From Camelus dromedarius (lineage: Eukaryota): a stretch of 64,000 nt of DNA. Under the pieces are notes generated by a model, which ran no database searches, had not been told where the DNA came from, and saw only the letters and a list, made by a program, of their open reading frames with translations. Below, piece by piece: positions 1 to 11,536 of the stretch (the stretch's first letter is position 1; the number at the start of each line of letters is the position of its first letter). The stretch covers positions 98,272,001 through 98,336,000 of the forward strand of contig NC_087436.1 in assembly GCF_036321535.1 (NCBI RefSeq), read 5' to 3'. The translations under genes and the position numbers were made by a program.

Positions 1-1655
1 AGTTTAAGTGTTTACCACTATGAACTTTCTTCTTAGTACTGCTTTTGCTGAATTTCATAAGTTTTGGTATGTTGTGTTTTCATTTTTGTCTTGAGGTATC
101 CTTTTTTTTTTTTTTTTTTTTGGATTAGTGGATGGTCAGGACTGTGCTGTTTAATTTCCACATGTCTGCGAATTTTTCAGTTTTCATTCTACCAATGATT
201 TCTAGTTTCATTCCATTGTGATCAGAAAAGATACTCGATAAGGAATATTTTATTTTATTTATTTTATTAAGATTTGTTTTGTGACCTAACATGGGCTCTA
301 TCCTGCTTAAAGAACTGTGGGCTATTGAGAATAATGTGTGTTCTGCTCTTGTTGAGTATATTGCTGTACATATATATATTTTAAGTCCATTCACTTTAGT
401 GTTTTCAAGCCCTCTTTTTCCTTATTGATTTTCCGTCTGAATGGTCTGTCTATTAATGAAATTTCTTACTATTATTGTATCACTGTGTGTTTCTCTCTCC
501 AGTTCTGCTAATATTCACTTAATATATTTAAGTGTTCTGATGCCAGGTACATATATATTTATATTTGTTACACCTTCTGAGTGGATTTTGTCATTTTATC
601 ATAACATTGTATTTTTCTTTTTCTCTTGTTAGAGTATTTGATTTAAAGTCTATTTTTTCTAATACAACTATGGCCATTCCTGCTCTTTTTTGGTTTCCCT
701 TTGCATGGAGTATCATTTTCTTCCTTCACTTTCAGCCAATGCGTGCCCTTAAATCTAAATTGAGTTTCTTATACACAGCGTATAGTTGACTCTTACTTTT
801 TTATCCATTCAGCCACCTTCTGACATAATTGGGGAGTTTGACTGATTTATATTTAAAGTAATTATTAATAATGATGGACTTATTACCATTTTGTTAGTTA
901 TTTTCTTTTAGTATTATAGTTTGTCTGCCTTTTATTCTCTTGATGTCTCTCTTGATATTTGTTGATTTTTTTTCTATTGATGTGCTTTGACACATTTTTA
1001 TATTTTATAACTTCTATAGGGATAGTTTTCCTAGGGACTTACATGAAATATCTTGCAATTTAACAGAATATGTTAAGCTGATAGCAACTTAAGTCCGATC
1101 ACATACAAAAACTCTGTATTTCTACTTTGTCCATTCCACACTTTGTTATTGTTATTATAATTTACATTATTCATATTTGTGTATTTTAGCATAGTTTAAA
1201 ATTTAGTTAATACTTTTAAAACATTTTTATTAGAATTATAAGTGATTGACTCACCACCATTATGGTAATACGGTTTTTTGTATCTGTCTATGTATCTTTG
1301 CTGACAAGCTTCATACTTCCTTCTGCTATCATTTTGCTATTGAGTGTCCTTTCATTTCAATTTGAAGAACTCTCTTATCTTTCCTTATAAGGGAGGTCTA
1401 GTTGGGATTAATTCCCTCATCTTTTGTTTTTCTGAAAATGTCTTTATCTCCCTTTTATACTGGATGTAGTATTCTTCATTGGCATTTTTAGTTCAGTACT
1501 TTGAATATATCATTCCACTTCCTTTTGGCCTGCAAGGCTTTTACTTTCCACTGATAGTCTTATGGGGGTTGCCGTGTATATAAGCCACTTTTCTCTTGCT
1601 GTTTTTAGCATTCTTTTTTTGTCTTCAACTTCTGACAATTTGATTATAATGTGTT
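1..1655 (-). mobile_element. Decayed LINE-1 fragment (ORF2 endonuclease region, inter-ORF region and ORF1 3' part); runs off the window start
   Basis: Minus-strand ORF 125-394 (HTLFSIAHSSLSRIEPMLGHKTNLNK...SSIFSDHNGMKLEI...MWKLN) resembles the L1 ORF2p endonuclease C-terminal motif (SRIDHMLGHK...FSDHNGMKLEI...WKLN). The T-rich plus strand is typical of antisense L1. Many stops and frameshifts. Confidence 0.93.
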
Positions 1656-2024
1656 TGTCTTAGTCTGTTCAGGCTGCTGTAACAGAATACCATAGACTAG
1701 GTGGCTTGTAAACAATGGAACATTATTTATTGTAATTCTGGAGCCTGGGAAGCCTAAGATTAAGGTGCCAACAGATTTGGAGTCTAGTGAGAGCGTGCTT
1801 CCTAGTTCACAGACAGCTGTCTTCTCATTGTGTCCTCACATGGCAGAATGGACAAAGGAGATTTCTAGAGTCTCTTTTATAAGAGCACTATTCCAATTTA
1901 TAAGAAGTATACTCTCAGGACCTAAGCAGCTCCCAAAGGCCCCACCTCTAAATATCATCACATTGGGGATTAAGTTTCAACATATGAATTGGATTGGAGA
2001 AAGACAAATATTCAATCTATATCA
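1656..2024 (-). mobile_element. MaLR solo LTR (MLT1A-like) nested in L1
   Basis: Begins TGTCTTAGTCTGTTCAGGCTGCTGTAACAGAATACCATAGACTAGGTGGCTT and ends ...TTCAATCTATATCA (TG...CA, 369 bp). Flanked by a 5-bp TSD GTGTT (1651-1655) / GTGTC (2025-2029). L1 sequence resumes directly after it. Confidence 0.9.
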
Positions 2025-2165
2025 GTGTCTCAGTGTGGATTTCTTTGGGTTCTCTTATTTGATGTATTATTTTTTTAATATGGACATACACTTCCTTCCC
2101 CATATTTGTGATGTTTTCAGACTTTATTTCTTTGAATAAGCTTTATGGACCTTTCTCCCTCTCTG
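2025..2165 (-). mobile_element. Continuation of the interrupted L1 (ORF1 region)
   Basis: ...ataatgtgt|ctcagtgtggatttctttgggttc reconstitutes contiguous antisense L1 sequence across the MaLR insertion. Confidence 0.8.
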
Positions 2166-3187
2166 TTTTCCATGTATGAGACTACTGAGACTTACAGGTC
2201 TAATGAGAAAAGATATATACATAGCAGTGAACTATATTTATACAAAGAAACTATATAAAGTAATATAAATAAAATGAGAACATTCATAAGATTTTATTTT
2301 TTAGCATAGTAACTAGTCACTGATAAGAGTATTTAAAGTGTTGCTTTTATACTAAAATTATATCTCTAGTGATTTTCTGATATTGCCACAGACTTAGAAA
2401 TCTTAGTACAGAAAGGAGCTCATTTATGTGTAAAGTATAAAGTACAATTTTCTCTAATTTTCTTTCCATCAAACACAATATAGAGGGCCGTGGAATGGTG
2501 AAAAATATTCCTAGTTTTCCTACAGAATGTTCCATATTGGTGTATTGTTTATCTTACCTATCTTCCTTAAGGCATCATTTATCTTCTTCTCTAACCATGA
2601 GTGATGAATTAGTGTGGATTTTAGCCTGTACTTAAAAGTGTGAACACCAGGAGAGAAAAATGAAGAGGAAAAAAAAAGAAAAAAGGACTTCATTTATTTC
2701 AAAAATACTTATTGGTCAAATTTTCTTGGTGAAAAAAAACTCAATGAAGAGCACAAGCCCATAGGTACAACCATCTTAGATCTTATAATCTGAACAATGG
2801 GTAGAATGCAGAGGTATTAAAGAATTAAAGCGTTAAAACTTACATAAGCTAAGTATGGAAGAGTGAGAAGTAAGAGTTATCAAGAAAGATTTCCTGATTT
2901 CCTATGACAAGCAGCTGAATGAATTATGAATAGAAGCATTGTATCCCTGGCTCCTTAAAATACATATACTGCATCCTAAAAATGTGAAGCCTATCCTTCT
3001 AACCACAGGGTGAAATAGCCTTTGATTTGTTTAAAAACAGCAACTTCTCAGACATGCTTATTATTTGTTTTTAAGCCCATTACATGATTGTTGACATTCT
3101 GTATTTTCTATAGTTAGTGTTGAGTTTAAGAATACCGAGGAATCTGGCTTGTGGTTAAAAACCTACGTGTGATTTTTCAAGTCCAGC

Positions 3188-3795
3188 TGTAGACAGTTAC
3201 AAAGGTTTTATCTGGTAGGCCTCATGAGGAAAGCTGACCTCCCTCCAGACTTGGTGCACATCCAATGCACTGCAGTCTCAGAAGGGAGTTGCTGTCTAGG
3301 ACTCAGGCCTTTCCGGAAGGTCATGCTCACATGCATGTTTGCATTCTTAGCCTAGACACCTTTATTCCTAGATCTCTTTATCAGGGGCCTTTGGCAGAGA
3401 TCTTTCTCAGATGCTTCTGCCAAGATCTCCTTATGAGGAGAGGAGGATAAAGCTGAAGACACTTTCCCCCATCAGACCCAGTACTTTTCCTCTCCTAACC
3501 TTTCTCCTCCATCGTCCCACCCCCACCCCAGGTCCTGAAAACCACCAGAGCTCTTATTTTGGTCTCCTCTGACAAAATAAGACATAGATGAGATGTAATG
3601 CTGATCCATTAGACTCTTGAGTGGTATGAGGGAGATGAAACAGCAGTGAGTTGGTGCCTTTCTCCAGTTTTAACCTCTTGCTTTACTTTTGCTGTGATTA
3701 GAGGCTTCAATATTACTTTCATTTTGACTCACTATTGCTTTAATTGGTTACTCTGGCATCTCAGCTCTCTCTCCAGCTCAGCTGAGTTCCTGACA
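3188..3795 (+). mobile_element. Probable old ERVL-type solo LTR (LTR40/LTR33-like)
   Basis: GC-richer ~600-bp island with TG...CA ends. Its terminus CAGCTCAGCTGAGTTCCTGACA resembles ERVL LTR ends. No TSD seen. Confidence 0.5.
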
Positions 3796-4143
3796 AATAC
3801 CTGTACTTTTTTGTGATAGTTTATGTACTGAAACCAGATCACGTTAAATATGAATCTGATTTAGTAAAATTTCTGTACTTCTAGAGTATATGGAACCATA
3901 AAACAGAAGAAACCACTTCAATATTCAACTTATATTGAATTTTCAAAACAACTGTTGTTTTTTGGAAGACAACTGCATTTTGGGGCAACATATATCATTC
4001 TGTAGGATAAATGCATGTCTTATAGATACATTAAAATGAAACTTTAAAGAAAAATATTTATTAATTAATTTTTGTAAAATTCCTTGGGAAAATTTAACTT
4101 CTTTGCAGTTAAGAAGCCATAATTTTCAGTCACTGCTCTACAG

Positions 4144-4145
<2 letters not shown>

Positions 4146-4194
<49 letters not shown>

Positions 4195-4290
4195 CATATA
4201 TATATATATGTATATGTGCGTGTATTTATGTATATATACAATATATACATGTGTGTATATGTATATGTGTATACATACTTATACACATAT
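4146..4290. repeat. (TA)n microsatellite followed by TA/TG low-complexity sequence
   Basis: A perfect run of about 22 TA units at 4147-4191, flanked by a duplicated AGTTCATATA, then degenerate TATG repeats. Confidence 0.97.
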
Positions 4291-4699
4291 AATATTTATT
4301 TTAATCATCAAAGGGAGGCCTGCTACTTAAAGTGGATGATTGATCCTGGCTCATCATTTTCTTTGTCTACATTTGGGTTTTCCTGCCTGGCTTCTTGGGA
4401 AATCTGATTTGTACACTGCAAGGGATTGATTCTATTACAGTATTTTTACTGAGTTTCTCTTTTTCAGTGCCATTTTTCTCATAGTTGTTATGATTGCAGT
4501 TTTCAGGGATTTTTCCTTCTTCTTTGTGTTCTATTTTGTATTTCCCCAAGGCAGTGAGCCATTCTGGAAGTATTGTGTAATTTGGTTTGTTCAGCCGATT
4601 GCTTGCCATGCACGGACTGTGTATTTAGCTCCTTTCAACTCTCCTTCCAAATGTTGCTTTCTTCTAGTAATCACTTTCACCTTTTTCAGTTCACTGCTT

Positions 4700-4812
4700 G
4701 ATGACCAAGGCTAGGATCTTTTTCTATTTTATTCATTTCTATGTTCCAAATAGAAGAGTAACTGACAGATACTATATGTTCAATAAATACATGTTGAGTC
4801 AATGAATTAAAG
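4700..4812 (+). mobile_element. L2 3' end fragment
   Basis: Ends ...GTTCAATAAATACATGTTGAGTCAATGAATT, like the L2 terminus CTCAATAAATATTTGTTGAATGAATGAA. Confidence 0.7.
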
Positions 4813-5669
4813 TGAGTCTCTTTTTTCTGTTTCAGTTTTCCATGTTGTCTTATTTGTGATGACTTACCAAGACACTTACTATAACTTCGATCAAAACTTT
4901 TGAATTTCTTTATTTGTGCTACTGTCCTGTGTAGTTTTCCAAAGGCACTACTGCTTTCTGTGCCTGTGTTATTCAATCAATGAAGGAAACCTCAAGTATG
5001 ATTTTAATTTTGAATTAGAGAATTGAAATTGAAAAGTTAATAGAATAAAAATACTTTTTATTATATAATATCATAAATTATAATTCCTAATATGGTGCAC
5101 CATTTCATGCTTTTGTATCACTCTTCTGATACCATTGTCATTCAGTAATATTTTGTTATCATCAATCCGTGCCTCTCTAAAGATTTGATTATCCCAACAG
5201 ATTTAAAAATACCAGAAAAAATTGAGATAGCAAAGTACAAATTCATTTAAAAAATACAAAAAAAAAATTTTTCCTCCATAACTTGAGTAAAATATATACA
5301 TGTATGAATGCATATATGCATATAAACACTGTATACATCTTACGTATTTTGTAGTTTAGATAATTAGGATGTATTTATATCTTCTCAATAAAGAATTGCC
5401 TCTTCTTTTACTATGTACTGCTATACACCAGGAGACACACAGTTCTTTTCAGCTCCTTCTTAACGTGAAATGGAGTCACCAGGTATACTCTCCATCTAAA
5501 CTACTCCAATATCAGTCTGGCCTGGACTTACTTCTCTATGCTATATAGCTGAATCCCGTGAGTAAACAGACAAAGTTATTCCTTGGGTTTTTGCCCTTCA
5601 AAATTGATAATACTTTTACAAGTTAAACATAAAGAGACTTTAAATACCAACCTGCTCTCTGAAAATAGG

Positions 5670-5968
5670 TGTTGACTGAAACAAACTGACTGTTAGATAT
5701 TTCTTCCAGTGAAGATGGGTTTATTCAGGATCAGCAGAGAATTGCAATTTGGGGTCTGCCATGGTGTGAGCAACATACAAGTCCTCACACACAAGGAAAG
5801 GAGAACATTTTCATAGGAAAAGGAGGTAAGGGGAGTGTAGTAAACAAAGAGTCCCTGGCTTTTCATTGGCTGAGTCCTTGCCAGGGAAGAGGTGGAGTCT
5901 TTCTTCTTATAAGGGGGAGCTCTCCCAACTCTATTTAACTTAGGTTTCTGTTTATTAATTTTCTTACA
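5670..5968 (-). repeat. 3' LTR of the provirus
   Basis: TGTTGACTG...TTCTTACA, homologous to 7369-7694. Preceded on the minus strand by a degenerate polypurine tract (GATTAAAACGAGATAA). AATAAA is present on the minus strand (plus-strand TTTATT near 5720). Confidence 0.88.
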
Positions 5969-6349
5969 TTATCTCGTTTTAATCAAGATCTTTCTCTGAA
6001 AGAACTACTGATCTAGAGTCAAAATTTCTAGTTTCAGCAGCTTTCTGTCCCTCAGTGTTAGTGAAGATCTTTCCTGAGGGTAGTGTATCATGTCAGAGGG
6101 AAAATGAACATACTGGAAATCTATTAAGGTCACATCTGACTAACAAGGAAGGGATTTTTAAAAAATCTAAGTCCCCTACTTATCAAGATCAGAGCCACTG
6201 GAGATCATCTGAAGTGTTGTGTCATCACCATAGGTTTGGAGACACATCTCTAACAGGCCTAGCCCAGTTATATCGGGAAAGCTGTCTCATCAGATGTCGT
6301 CCGCTTCAGTTCCAGGAAACCTGTACTTTCAGGTCACCAGACGATGTGA

Positions 6350-6960
6350 AAATCCGGTCAAGGTTTAGTGCTTTCTTTATATGTGTCACATGAATCTAAG
6401 TCAATTCTTTGGAGTCTGAGGGCACAAAGATTGATTAGCTATACTTGACAGAAACCTTTCCAGCAAGGTTGAATGGAGTTTTCTAGAGGTGTCTTTTCCA
6501 ATAGACAGAATCTCTAGGTTGCAAAATGTGATGCTCAAAGTCTTCATTTCCCAAGGGCACATTGAAAAGATTGCTCTACCAAAACATGGTTATTTTTAAT
6601 ACAAGCAATTAGACCTTTGCAAAATTGGAGTCTCTCTCTCCTTTTTTATCAGGTGTGAGTCAAAAGATGCAAGAGCCAAGTGCATTGGCTGTTCATCCTG
6701 TTACTACCTCAAACAGTGAGAGTTCATGAGTTTTAAAAGGAGCGAGTCTGAGATTAGAAGGAGCAATGACAATGCTTTTATCTAAGATGTTTCAAGGGCT
6801 TCTATACATTTTGTCAATTAAGTTTTAATAATATTATTAGCGTGTTCAACTAAACCAGACGATTAAGGGTGGTAAACAGTGAAAGTGTTGTAAAACCAGC
6901 CAAATAGCACAGACTCATTGAAGCACATGGCCAGTAAAATGGGAACCTCAATCACTTTTG
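6350..6960 (-). pseudogene. pol: Retroviral pol integrase remnant (catalytic core second half plus C-terminal GPY/F region), disrupted
   Basis: Manual minus-strand translation gives SD*GSHFTGHVLQ*VCAIWLVLQHFHC/YHP*SSGLVEHANNIIKT*LTK (cf. integrase SDxGxHF...YHPQSSGxVERxN) and HHILQPRDSVYWKRHL*KNSIQPCWKGFCQV (cf. LQPGDxVxxK...LxPRWKGPYxV). Multiple stops and frameshifts. Confidence 0.88.
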
Positions 6961-7346
6961 AAAAACCTAGCACGATTTCAGAGAAACAACCCCTATTCCT
7001 GACAGAATGGGTTGAAGGTTAGCAAGCTTCAGAAGCAGCCCATGTTCTGAAGGGAATGGGCCAAAGCCTGGCCAAATTCACTGAACAGTCTGAACTCAAA
7101 ATCAGACCTAAGTGCCAGATGAGTACTTGCATACAGAACAAGGCCTTAACCAAAAAGAAAACTTGTGGTTGCATTCTGGATAAATAGAGAGCTTCAAATG
7201 CAAAGGAAACATAAGCTCAGATCCAGGAGAAAGATACGCCGTTAAATCCCAGAGTCATTGAGAAATCAGTGGGCCACAGTGGGTTCATTTGTGGGTAGAT
7301 CACCTATTTGCTCACCAGTCCTGGAGCCATCAGGAGTCTTCTGTGG

Positions 7347-7365
7347 TCCCCTATATGGGCCACCA
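7347..7365 (-). other. Primer-binding site complementary to the tRNA-Ile(AAU) 3' end
   Basis: The minus strand reads TGGTGGCCCATATAGGGGA, 3 nt after the LTR CA. The tRNA-Ile PBS is TGGTGGCCCGTACGGGGA. The substitutions are all CpG-type transitions, plus one extra G. Confidence 0.8.
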
Positions 7366-7368
7366 AAA

Positions 7369-7694
7369 TGGTGGCTTAAATAGACTGTCAGATACTTGTC
7401 CAGCAAAGATTGGCTTATTTGGGATCAGCAAAGAATTGCAATTCAGCGTCTGCAGCCGTGGCAAGCAGGCCATGTGCAAGTCACCAAACTGGAAGGGGCA
7501 GTTTTATAGAGAGGAAAAGGAAGTTGGCAGGGCTACAGTAAACAGAGCCCATAGCTTTCCACTAGCTGAGTCCTTGCCAGGGAAAAAAAGAGGAGGCTTC
7601 CTTCTTCCCGTTGGGCTCTGCTATCATCACAGAGTGTGAGAGCTCCCCCTTCTGCTCTCTCAACTAAATTTAATGGAAGTTTCTCTACTTTACA
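7369..7694 (-). repeat. 5' LTR of the provirus
   Basis: TGGTGGCTT...CTTTACA. Homologous to 5670-5968 with an extra ~30-bp segment near 7610-7640. Adjacent to the PBS. Confidence 0.88.
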
Positions 7695-7719
7695 CATGGT
7701 AGCCAAATTCCACTAACAT

Positions 7720-9690
7720 ATGATCATTTTCAAACTAATACAACTGAATAAACCTTTAATTCCTAGGGTTCATATTGTAGTGAAGGGAAGCACATGGACA
7801 AAAATAAATAGAGAAATAAACTACACAGTGTACTAGATAAGAACAAATAACCCTGAGAAAAATGAAAGGAATGGATGAGTTCCTGGGCTGAAGTGTGTTT
7901 GGAAGGGGTTTTGATTCTCAAAAGGGTGGTCATTCACAACCTTAATGTGAAGCTCTTTCTTGAGCAAAGAATTGAAGGTGAGCAAGTTTCCTGTGTGGAT
8001 TTCTGGGGCCACAGTGTCGTAAGCAGAACTGGCTACTTATTTGTAAGGAGCAGTGTAAGGAGAAAGTGAGGGCCTCTTGCTTAGAAAGCACGAGAGAAGC
8101 TTTTCCTTTTTTCCCATGATGTGTCTCAGCTTGCTGCAGGTTTTATTTGCTATTGAATGCCACAGTCCTTTGGGCATGGGGTACTTGCTGAGCAAGAGCA
8201 GACCCTCATGGGCCCAGCCTCTTGCCTTTGTGTCCTGACTTACCTCATTTCCACATCTAAGCCTCCATGGGCATCAGAAGGTGGCAGTGGTTGCTGGGTG
8301 GGGACAGAGGAGTGGGTGTTTGAGAACTGATTCCCAGCCAACAGAGAGGACGTGGGAGGAAGGACCTCACATGAGCTAAGACTCGAAGTCCATGACATAT
8401 GCATCATATTCCCATTAGACTTTATTTATAATGAGCACATATTCAATGATAAAATCATTAAGGAGTTCCAGTGTGTGGCTGTAAAGCACTAAACCATACA
8501 CCAGAGGCCTTCTTCTGAACGTGGGGTTTTGTGGAACTGCACTGGATGCACACCATAAAGTCATCCTTGGTTACAGGCAGAGGAAACATCAAGTATAAAA
8601 GCCATGAAATGGGACTGTGCTGGAGTGAGCAAAGGGGAAAATAATAAGAAACAAAATTAGAAATGTCACAGGGCTTCAGATTGTGTAAGACCTTGTTCAT
8701 TGTCGTCATTAGAACTTTGAACTTTATTCTCAGTGAAACAGACAGTGAGAAGCGATGGCATTTTGAACCAAGATTGTAGTGGTGAAAAGTGATTTGTTTC
8801 TAGATAATTTTTGAAGGTAAGGATCACAGGTTGTGCTGACTACTTGCATGTAAACTATAGCAGACAGAGGGGAGCCACGGGTAATTCCAAGATTTTTGTC
8901 TTGAGAAATATTGGAGTTGCCACTGAGTTCAAGCAGATCATGAGAGGGGCTTGCTAGGGGGAAGGAAGTGGAAGCCAATATTTGATTTTAGACGTTAAAT
9001 TTGGGAGGTTTGTTATTGATTCAATTAGAGAAAAATATTTCTTGAATAAATCAATTATTAATCATCTGTTGAACATTAGAGTCTAGAAAATGAAAGGAGA
9101 AGTCCGTGTGGGAGCTATCAATTTGGGAACCATTAGCCTTAGCATACAGGTAGTATTTAAAGCTATGTGATTGAATGAATTCAGGAAGAAAGTAAGTGTG
9201 CAATTACAGAAGAGATACTAGATCTGAGCCCTGGAATACCCCAATAAATAAACAATCGAGAAGATAAGAAGGAACAAGGAAGGACACCGAGAGGGGACAA
9301 TGATGGATGTAGAAACAAGGAGAATATAGTTAGAAAATATATACCAGGAGAGTAATCCTGAGAGCCAGTTGAAGAAAGTGTTTCTGGGGTAAAGGAGCAA
9401 TCAGTCAGCTGAGTCAACTACTAATGATAAAGACTTCAAGGACTTGGACTTGATCGTTGAACTAAGCAACACGGGTGGCATTAATAAACTTGGCAAGAGC
9501 ACTGTCTGTGGGAAGGTTGGGAAAAAGTACCAATGAGAAGGCTCGGGAAAGAACGGGAATCAAAATTGCAGACAGTTGAGTTTTTGACTACTTTACAGAG
9601 GTGTTTTGTTATGAATGGAAACAATTGGGTAGTAACTGGCATAGAATGGTGGTAAGATGATGTGTTTTTATTTAGCAAGTACTCGTTTTG
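7720..9690 (-). mobile_element. L2 fragment (antisense), interrupted by a hAT element
   Basis: Purine-rich antisense L2 hallmarks (...AGGCAGAGGAAACATCAAGT, TTTGAACTTTATTCTCAGTGA, GGTAGTATTTAAAGCTATG, GAAGAAAGTGTTTC). Boundaries approximate. Confidence 0.8.
8024..8569 (-). mobile_element. MER45-family non-autonomous hAT (Tip100) DNA transposon inserted in L2
   Basis: The left end CAGAACTGGCTACTTATTTGTAAGGAGCAGTG..GAGGGCCTCTTG and the right end CTTCTGAACGTGGGG..GAACTGCACTGGATGCACACCATAAAGTCATCCTTG match the two MER45 termini in reverse. The 8-bp flanks GTCGTAAG / GTTACAGG both resemble the L2 target GTTCCAGG. Confidence 0.7.
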
Positions 9691-10639
9691 TTACCCAGTA
9701 AGACTAGAAGCATCTTGTGGGCCAAAGCCATGCCTTATAGTTCTTACATATCACCTGCTGCTAATTCCAGATCACAGCTTACGGGAGATGTAGAGTTCTG
9801 TGCCTATGGAGATGAGGACAGGAAAGTGTGCTGGGCCAGGAAGTGCTAGGTACCAACTGTTTGACTAGTTTGGTGGTTCTGATTTTATATTTTCAAATGT
9901 ATAAAAGCTGTCTTCTAAGAAGGCTTGTATTGAAGGATATAATTCTATGTGTCTAGTAAAAAAAATTTACACATAACAATATGAACACTGAGTATATGGG
10001 CCATGCTGTTATCACCTAGATTATAATATGAAATATTGTAGATACGATACATAAAGCCATGTAGGTGACCCAATTCAGATAAGCAAATTAATCAGTGGTC
10101 AATGGCATTTTTAGAAGCCACCCATTCCCCTCTTCTCCAAGAAAACAACGACAACAACAGGGAACAAAATAGCCAGAGCTTTGTAGAGATTACGGCTTCT
10201 TGGCAAGGGAACATGTAATTCAATACAAGAATTTAGTTTTAGGAAATACAGTTCTGCAAAAGAAATTCCATGCAGAATCTCATTTAATTTGTACCAAAAA
10301 GATATGGGATTTAGAGCAGCACAACTCAGTCATAATGTCTGGTTAGAACCAAGAATCTTCATGTTTGAAGTGTGGTTTTGGAGCCGCATAAAGAGGAGTA
10401 TTTGGATATAAGCACCCAAAACTATGTTTTAGCAGACCTGAAAATGTTCTTGGTTGATATTTAAGCAGTGGAAAATTTCAGAGTTTATTTTACTCAGTTT
10501 GTGAAGAGTTTCCCATAGGAAGTAGCACTTAAGATGATGTGGACAGATTGTACTTTAGTATTGGTGAGTGTTTAGAATACATCTAGAATTACAAAAAAAG
10601 GAAATCATTCTAGTATATTCTAGTTAGTTGCATGTTCTA

Positions 10640-10780
10640 GCAACACCTAGCTAAACACCCAAGTTGCTTCGAACAAGCCATTTGATTCTTTGTGCCTCAA
10701 TTTCACATTTGTAAAATAATAAATCAGACTAGGCGGTCTCTGAAATACTTTTTAACTCTCATATATTATAATTTATGTGA
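10640..10780 (+). mobile_element. MIR SINE fragment
   Basis: Core-like TTCTTTGTGCCTCAATTTCACATTTGTAAAAT followed by GACTAGGCGGTCTCTGAAATACTTTTTAACTCT. Confidence 0.7.
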
Positions 10781-10944
10781 TTATTTTGAAGCTGATGGCT
10801 TTGGGAAATACACAATGTACTTTGAGGAAGAGAGGGGAGACCAGAGTTGGTATATAGTTCAATATATTGCTCTTTTAAAGACATAAAGGGTGTGTTATAA
10901 AAGTTTTTTTTTAATTTAAATATTGATAAAAAAAAGTGAGAGGA

Positions 10945-11015
10945 AAGATGGAAGGAAGGGAGGAAAGGAGAAAGGAAGGGAGGAAAGGAGAAAGAGAGGG
11001 AGGAAAAGAAGATGG
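10945..11015. repeat. Purine-rich minisatellite, ~20-bp unit (AAGGAAGGGAGGAAAGGAGA) x ~3
   Basis: Directly visible tandem copies. Confidence 0.85.
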
Positions 11016-11536
11016 AAGAAACTAGTTAACTGAGCATCATGGGGTCTGAAGCTAGAAAATTGACAATGGTTAAAAGACGCAATACAAAAGAACTAAACCT
11101 GGAGTCTGAATGCGATCAAATAGATCCCCACCTAGTAAAAGGTAGTAAGAAATGCACTGGCAGTATATAGTTCTTTCTACAAACAAATTTTTACAGGAGA
11201 AAACAAGGATTTCAAGAGGAAATAAGTAGTTCCAACTCAGCATGTTCCATTTTAAATACTAATGCCAAGGTGTTCAAGTAAAAGTACAGAAAATTCTTCA
11301 ACCCGACCTAATTAGCCATTAATTAATAGAGCCAAAAAGAGGCATTAAAATGAGACAAAGCTGTGATTTAACATGGGTTCTGATTCTTGAGCTACCTAGT
11401 AAGGCTATTTCTATTGTGATTTGAAACTTGATTCCTTTCATGTTTCCATAAAGAAGTGAGCCCTACAGTTTCCTTACTCAGTTCCCCTACGGGAAAGGAT
11501 TCTGACTGAAAAGTTCAGGCAAAAACTAAGCATGTG

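Larger units (their letters stand above)
5670..7694 (-). mobile_element. Internally deleted class I (ERV1-type) endogenous retrovirus: 5'LTR-PBS(Ile)-leader-integrase remnant-PPT-3'LTR
   Basis: Two homologous direct repeats (5670-5968 and 7369-7694) share GGATCAGCA(G/A)AGAATTGCAATT, GTAAACA(A/G)AG and GCTGAGTCCTTGCCAGGGAA, and both have TG...CA ends. A PBS lies next to the right LTR and integrase motifs lie between the LTRs. Confidence 0.92.

Noticed and set aside
125..394. 89-aa ORF with endonuclease-like motifs as a functional gene
   Set aside because: It is a fragment of decayed L1 ORF2, with stops and frameshifts on both sides.
1765..2139. 124-aa ORF
   Set aside because: It starts at a non-ATG codon and runs through an MLT1 LTR into L1, so it is a chance frame.
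6055..6393. 112-aa plus-strand ORF inside the provirus, and the 116-aa ORF at 7289-7639
   Set aside because: Both are antisense to the ERV, start at non-ATG codons and show no recognisable domain.
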